Shown here in pieces: positions 60,001 through 64,000 of a DNA stretch of 64,000 nt. A program made the position numbers and the translations under genes. The stretch's first letter is position 1, and each line of letters opens with the position of its first letter. This stretch comes from Eledone cirrhosa. Lineage: Eukaryota. The notes beneath the pieces were generated by a model, which made no database searches, was not told the origin of the DNA, and saw only the letters and a list, made by a program, of their open reading frames with translations. Location of the stretch: NCBI GenBank assembly GCA_964016885.1, contig OZ024749.1:5580001-5644000 (forward strand), given 5' to 3'.

Positions 60001-62234
60001 AGTGGTGTGGTAGTGGTGTGGTAGTAGTGTGCCAGTGGTGTGCCAGTGGTGTGGTAGTGGTGTGCCAGTGGTGTGGTAGTGGTGTGCCAGTGGTGTGCCA
60101 GTGGCGTGGTAGTGGTGTGCCAGTGGTGTGCTAGTGGTGTGCCAGTGGTGTGCCAGTGGTGTGGTAGTGGTGTGGTAGTAGTGTGCCAGTGGTGTGCCAG
60201 TGGTGTGGTAGTGGTGTGGTAGTAGTGTGGTAGTAGTGTGCCAGTGGTGTGCCAGTGGTGTGCCAGTGGTGTGGTAGTGGTGTGCCAGTGGTGTGGTAGT
60301 GGTGTGCCAGTGGTGTGGTAGTGGTGTGCCAGTGGTGTGGTAGTGGTGTGCCAGTGGTGTGGTAGTGGTGTGCCAGTGGTGTGGTAGTGGTGTGCCAGTG
60401 GTGTGCCAGTGGTGTGGTAGTGGTGTGCCAGTGGTGTGGTAGTGGTGTGCCAGTGGTGTGCCAGTGGCGTGGTAGTGGTGTGCCAGTGGTGTGGTAGTGG
60501 TGTGGTAGTGGTGTGCCAGTGGTGTGCCAGTGTCGTGGTAGTGGTGTGCCAGTGGTGTGGTAGTGGTGTGGTAGTGGTGTGCCAGTGGTGTGGTAGTGGT
60601 GTGGTAGTGGTGTGCCAGTGGTGTGCCAGTGGTGTGCCAGTGGTGTGGTAGTGGTGTGGTAGTGGTGTGCCAGTGGTGTGGTAGTGGTGTGCCAGTGGTG
60701 TGGTAGTGGTGTGCCAGTAGTGTGGTAGTGGTGTGGTAGTGGTGTGGTAGTGGTGTGCCAGTGGTGTGCCAGTGGTGTGGTAGTGGTGTGCCAGTGGTGT
60801 GGTAGTGGTGTGGTAGTGGTGTGCCAGTGGTGTGGTAGTGGTGTGCCAGTGGTGTGGTAGTGGTGTGGTAGTGGTGTGCCAGTGGTGTGGTAGTAGTGTG
60901 CCAGTGGTGTGCCAGTAGTGTGGTAGTGGTGTGCCAGTGGTGTGCCAGTGGTGTGCCAGTGGCGTGGTAGTGGTGTGCCAGTGGTGTGGTAGTGGTGTGG
61001 TAGTGGTGTGCCAGTGGTGTGGTAGTGGTGTGGTAGTGGTGTGCCAGTGGTGTGCCAGTGGCGTGGTAGTGGTGTGCCAGTGGTGTGGTAGTGGTGTGGT
61101 AGTGGTGTGCCAGTGGTGTGGTAGTGGTGTGGTAGTGGTGTGCCAGTGGTGTGCCAGTGGTGTGCCAGTGGTGTGGTAGTGGTGTGGTAGTGGTGTGCCA
61201 GTGGTGTGGTAGTGGTGTGCCAGTGGTGTGGTAGTGGTGTGCCAGTAGTGTGGTAGTGGTGTGGTAGTGGTGTGCCAGTGGTGTGCCAGTGGTGTGGTAG
61301 TGGTTGCCAGTGGCGTGGTAGTGGTGTGCCAGTGGTGTGCCAGTGGTGTGGTAGTGGTGTGCCAGTGGTGTGGTAGTGGTGTGCCAGTGGTGTGGTAGTG
61401 GTGTGCCAGTGGTGTGGTAGTGGTGTGGTAGTGGTGTGGTAGTGGTGTGGTAGTAGTGTGCCAGTGGTGTGCCAGTGGTGTGCCAGTGGTGTGGTAGTGG
61501 TGTGGTAGTGGTGTGCCAGTGGCGTGGTAGTGGTGTGCCAGTGGTGTGGTAGTGGTGTGCCAGTGGTGTGGTAGTGGTGTGGTAGTGGTGTGCCAGTGGT
61601 GTGCCAGTGGTGTGGTAGTGGTGTGCCAGTGGTGTGGTAGTGGTGTGCCAGTGGTGTGCCAATGGTGTGCCAGTGGTGTGCCAGTGGTGTGGTAGTGGTG
61701 TGGTAGTGGTGTGGTAGTGGTGTGGTAGTGGTGTGCCAGTGGTGGTACCAGTGGTGTGCCAGTGGTGTGCCAGTGGTGTGGTAGTGGTGTGGTAGTGGTG
61801 TGCCAGTGGTGTGGTAGTGGTGTGGTAGTGGTGTGGTAGTGGTGTGCCAGTGGTGTGGTAGTGGTGTGGTAGTGGTGTGCCAGTGGTGGTACCAGTGGTG
61901 TGCCAGTGGTGTGCCAGTGGTGTGCCAGTGGTGTGCCAGTGGTGTGGTAGTGGTGTGGTAGTGGTGTGGTAGTGGTGTGGTAGTGGTGTGGTAGTGGTGT
62001 GGTAGTGGTGTGCCAGTGGTGGTACCAGTGGTGTGCCAGTGGTGTGGTAGTGGTGTGGTAGTGGTGTGGTAGTGGTGTGCCAGTGGTGTGGTAGTGGTGT
62101 GGTAGTGGTGTGGTAGTGGTGTGGTAGTGGTGTGGTAGTGGTGTGGTAGTGGTGTGGTAGTGGTGTGCCAGTGGTGTGGTAGTGGTGTGGTAGTGGTGTG
62201 CCAGTGGTGTGCCAGTGGTGTGGTAGTGGTGTGC
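54095..62234. repeat. 8.1-kb 11-bp satellite of two interspersed variants, GTGGTGTGGTA and GTGGTGTGCCA
   Basis: Direct inspection; preceded by a degenerate (GGT)n zone at 53905-54095. Confidence 0.98.
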
Positions 62235-62327
62235 TCTACATTCGACTAACATCTGTACAATATCACAGCAACATAGAGAAGTGTGAAGTCGAGTTTTCTA
62301 TCAGAAGACAGATTCTAACAAATAAAT

Positions 62328-63570
62328 ACACACACACACTATGCAGATATACGTACACACACACACTATTCAGATATACATACATACACACACACTATTC
62401 AGATATGCATACATACACACAATCTATGCAGATACACATACATACACACACACTATTCAGATATACATACATACACACACACTATTCAGATATACGTACA
62501 CACACACAATCTATGCAGATATGCATACATACACACACACTATGCAGATATACGTACACACACACACACACTATGGAGATATACGTGTACACACACACAC
62601 ACTATGCAGATATACATACACACACACACACACACTATGCAGATATACATACATACACACACACACACTATGCAGATATACGTACACACACACAATCTAT
62701 GCAGATATACATACACACACTATGCAGATATACGTACACACACACGATCTATGCAGATATACATACATACACACACTATGCAGATATACGTACACACACA
62801 CGATCTATGCAGATATACATACACACACACACTATGCAGATATACATACATACACACACACACTATGCAGATATACGTACACACACACACTATGCAGATA
62901 TACATACATACACACACACTATTCAGATATACATACACACACACACACACTATGCAGATATACGTACACACACACTATGCAGATATACATACACACACAC
63001 ACTATGCAGATATACGTACACACACACACACTATGCAGATATACATACACACACACACACTATGCAGATATACGTACATACACACACACTATGCAGATAT
63101 ACGTACATACACACACACTATTCAGATATACGTACACACACACACTATGCAGATATACATACATACACACACACTATTCAGATATACATACATACACACA
63201 CACTATTCAGATATACATACATACACACACACTATTCAGATATACATACACACACACACACACTATGCAGATATACATACACACACACTATTCAGATATA
63301 CATACACACACACACACACTATGCAGATATACGTACATACACACACTATGCAGATATACGTACATACACACACTATTCAGATATACGTACACACACACAC
63401 TATGCAGATATACATACATACACACACACTATTCAGATATACATACACACACACACACTATTCAGATATACATACACACACACACTATGCAGATATACGT
63501 GCATACACACACTATGCAGATATACATACACACACAGTGAACAGATATACGTACACACATACGTACACAC
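62328..63570. repeat. Compound ~28-32-bp minisatellite (CTAT[G/T]CAGATATAC[A/G]TAC(AC)n)
   Basis: Fixed core with a variable (AC) linker. Confidence 0.95.
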
Positions 63571-64000
63571 ACACACAATGTGCAGACGTCGACATACATA
63601 CACATACATGCATACACACATACATACATACACACGTAGTAAACCCTACATATAAACACTATACACAGATATACGTACACACACACACAATGTGCAGACG
63701 TAGATATATGTATACACAAACACTTATAGTAAACCATATACACACACACACATACACACATACAATGTGCAGACGTAGATATATGTACACACACAGCATT
63801 ACACATGGTGAATCATATGCACACACACTAAACTATATACATATACACTACTACACAAATACTAAGTCAAACACACACACTACCATACACACGCATATAC
63901 ACACTACCACACACACACACACACTACCACACACAAACACACATGCATATACACACTACCACACACAAACACACACGCATATACACACTACCACACACAC

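Noticed and set aside
54222-62252. 2676-aa His/Thr/Pro-rich ORF, and an overlapping 1849-aa ORF
   Set aside because: The 11-bp unit has no stop in any minus-strand frame, so long ORFs arise automatically. The unit is not a multiple of 3, shows no synonymous-site variation, and tolerates indels.

Overview
Eukaryotic, AT-rich, microsatellite-saturated DNA. The SINE/RTE/Penelope repeat content suggests an octopus (coleoid cephalopod) genome; this is an inference. Almost all long ORFs in the track are translated simple repeats. Host gene: two small minus-strand exons (28738-28806, 16835-16897) splice in phase to a coiled coil resembling the C-terminal part of CCDC39; three weaker candidate exons lie upstream. 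Mobile DNA: two tRNA-derived SINE families (one with swappable tails), a long 5'-truncated RTE LINE with a PHD-type zinc finger in its ORF, other RTE and Tx1 fragments, a 5'-inverted Penelope-like (Naiad-type) element with RT and GIY-YIG domains, a deleted Tc1, and hAT, piggyBac-type and pogo-type MITEs. Satellites include an 8 kb two-variant 11-mer array and a 48-bp array with about 20 perfect AGGTCA-n-TGACCT palindromes. The most coherent unexplained system combines the Naiad element, several minimal hammerhead ribozymes, and at least eight fold-back elements abutting (TA)n or similar microsatellites. Some of these fold-backs share sequence with the element's 3' terminal region or carry a hammerhead. 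All calls were made by eye; repeat boundaries are approximate.
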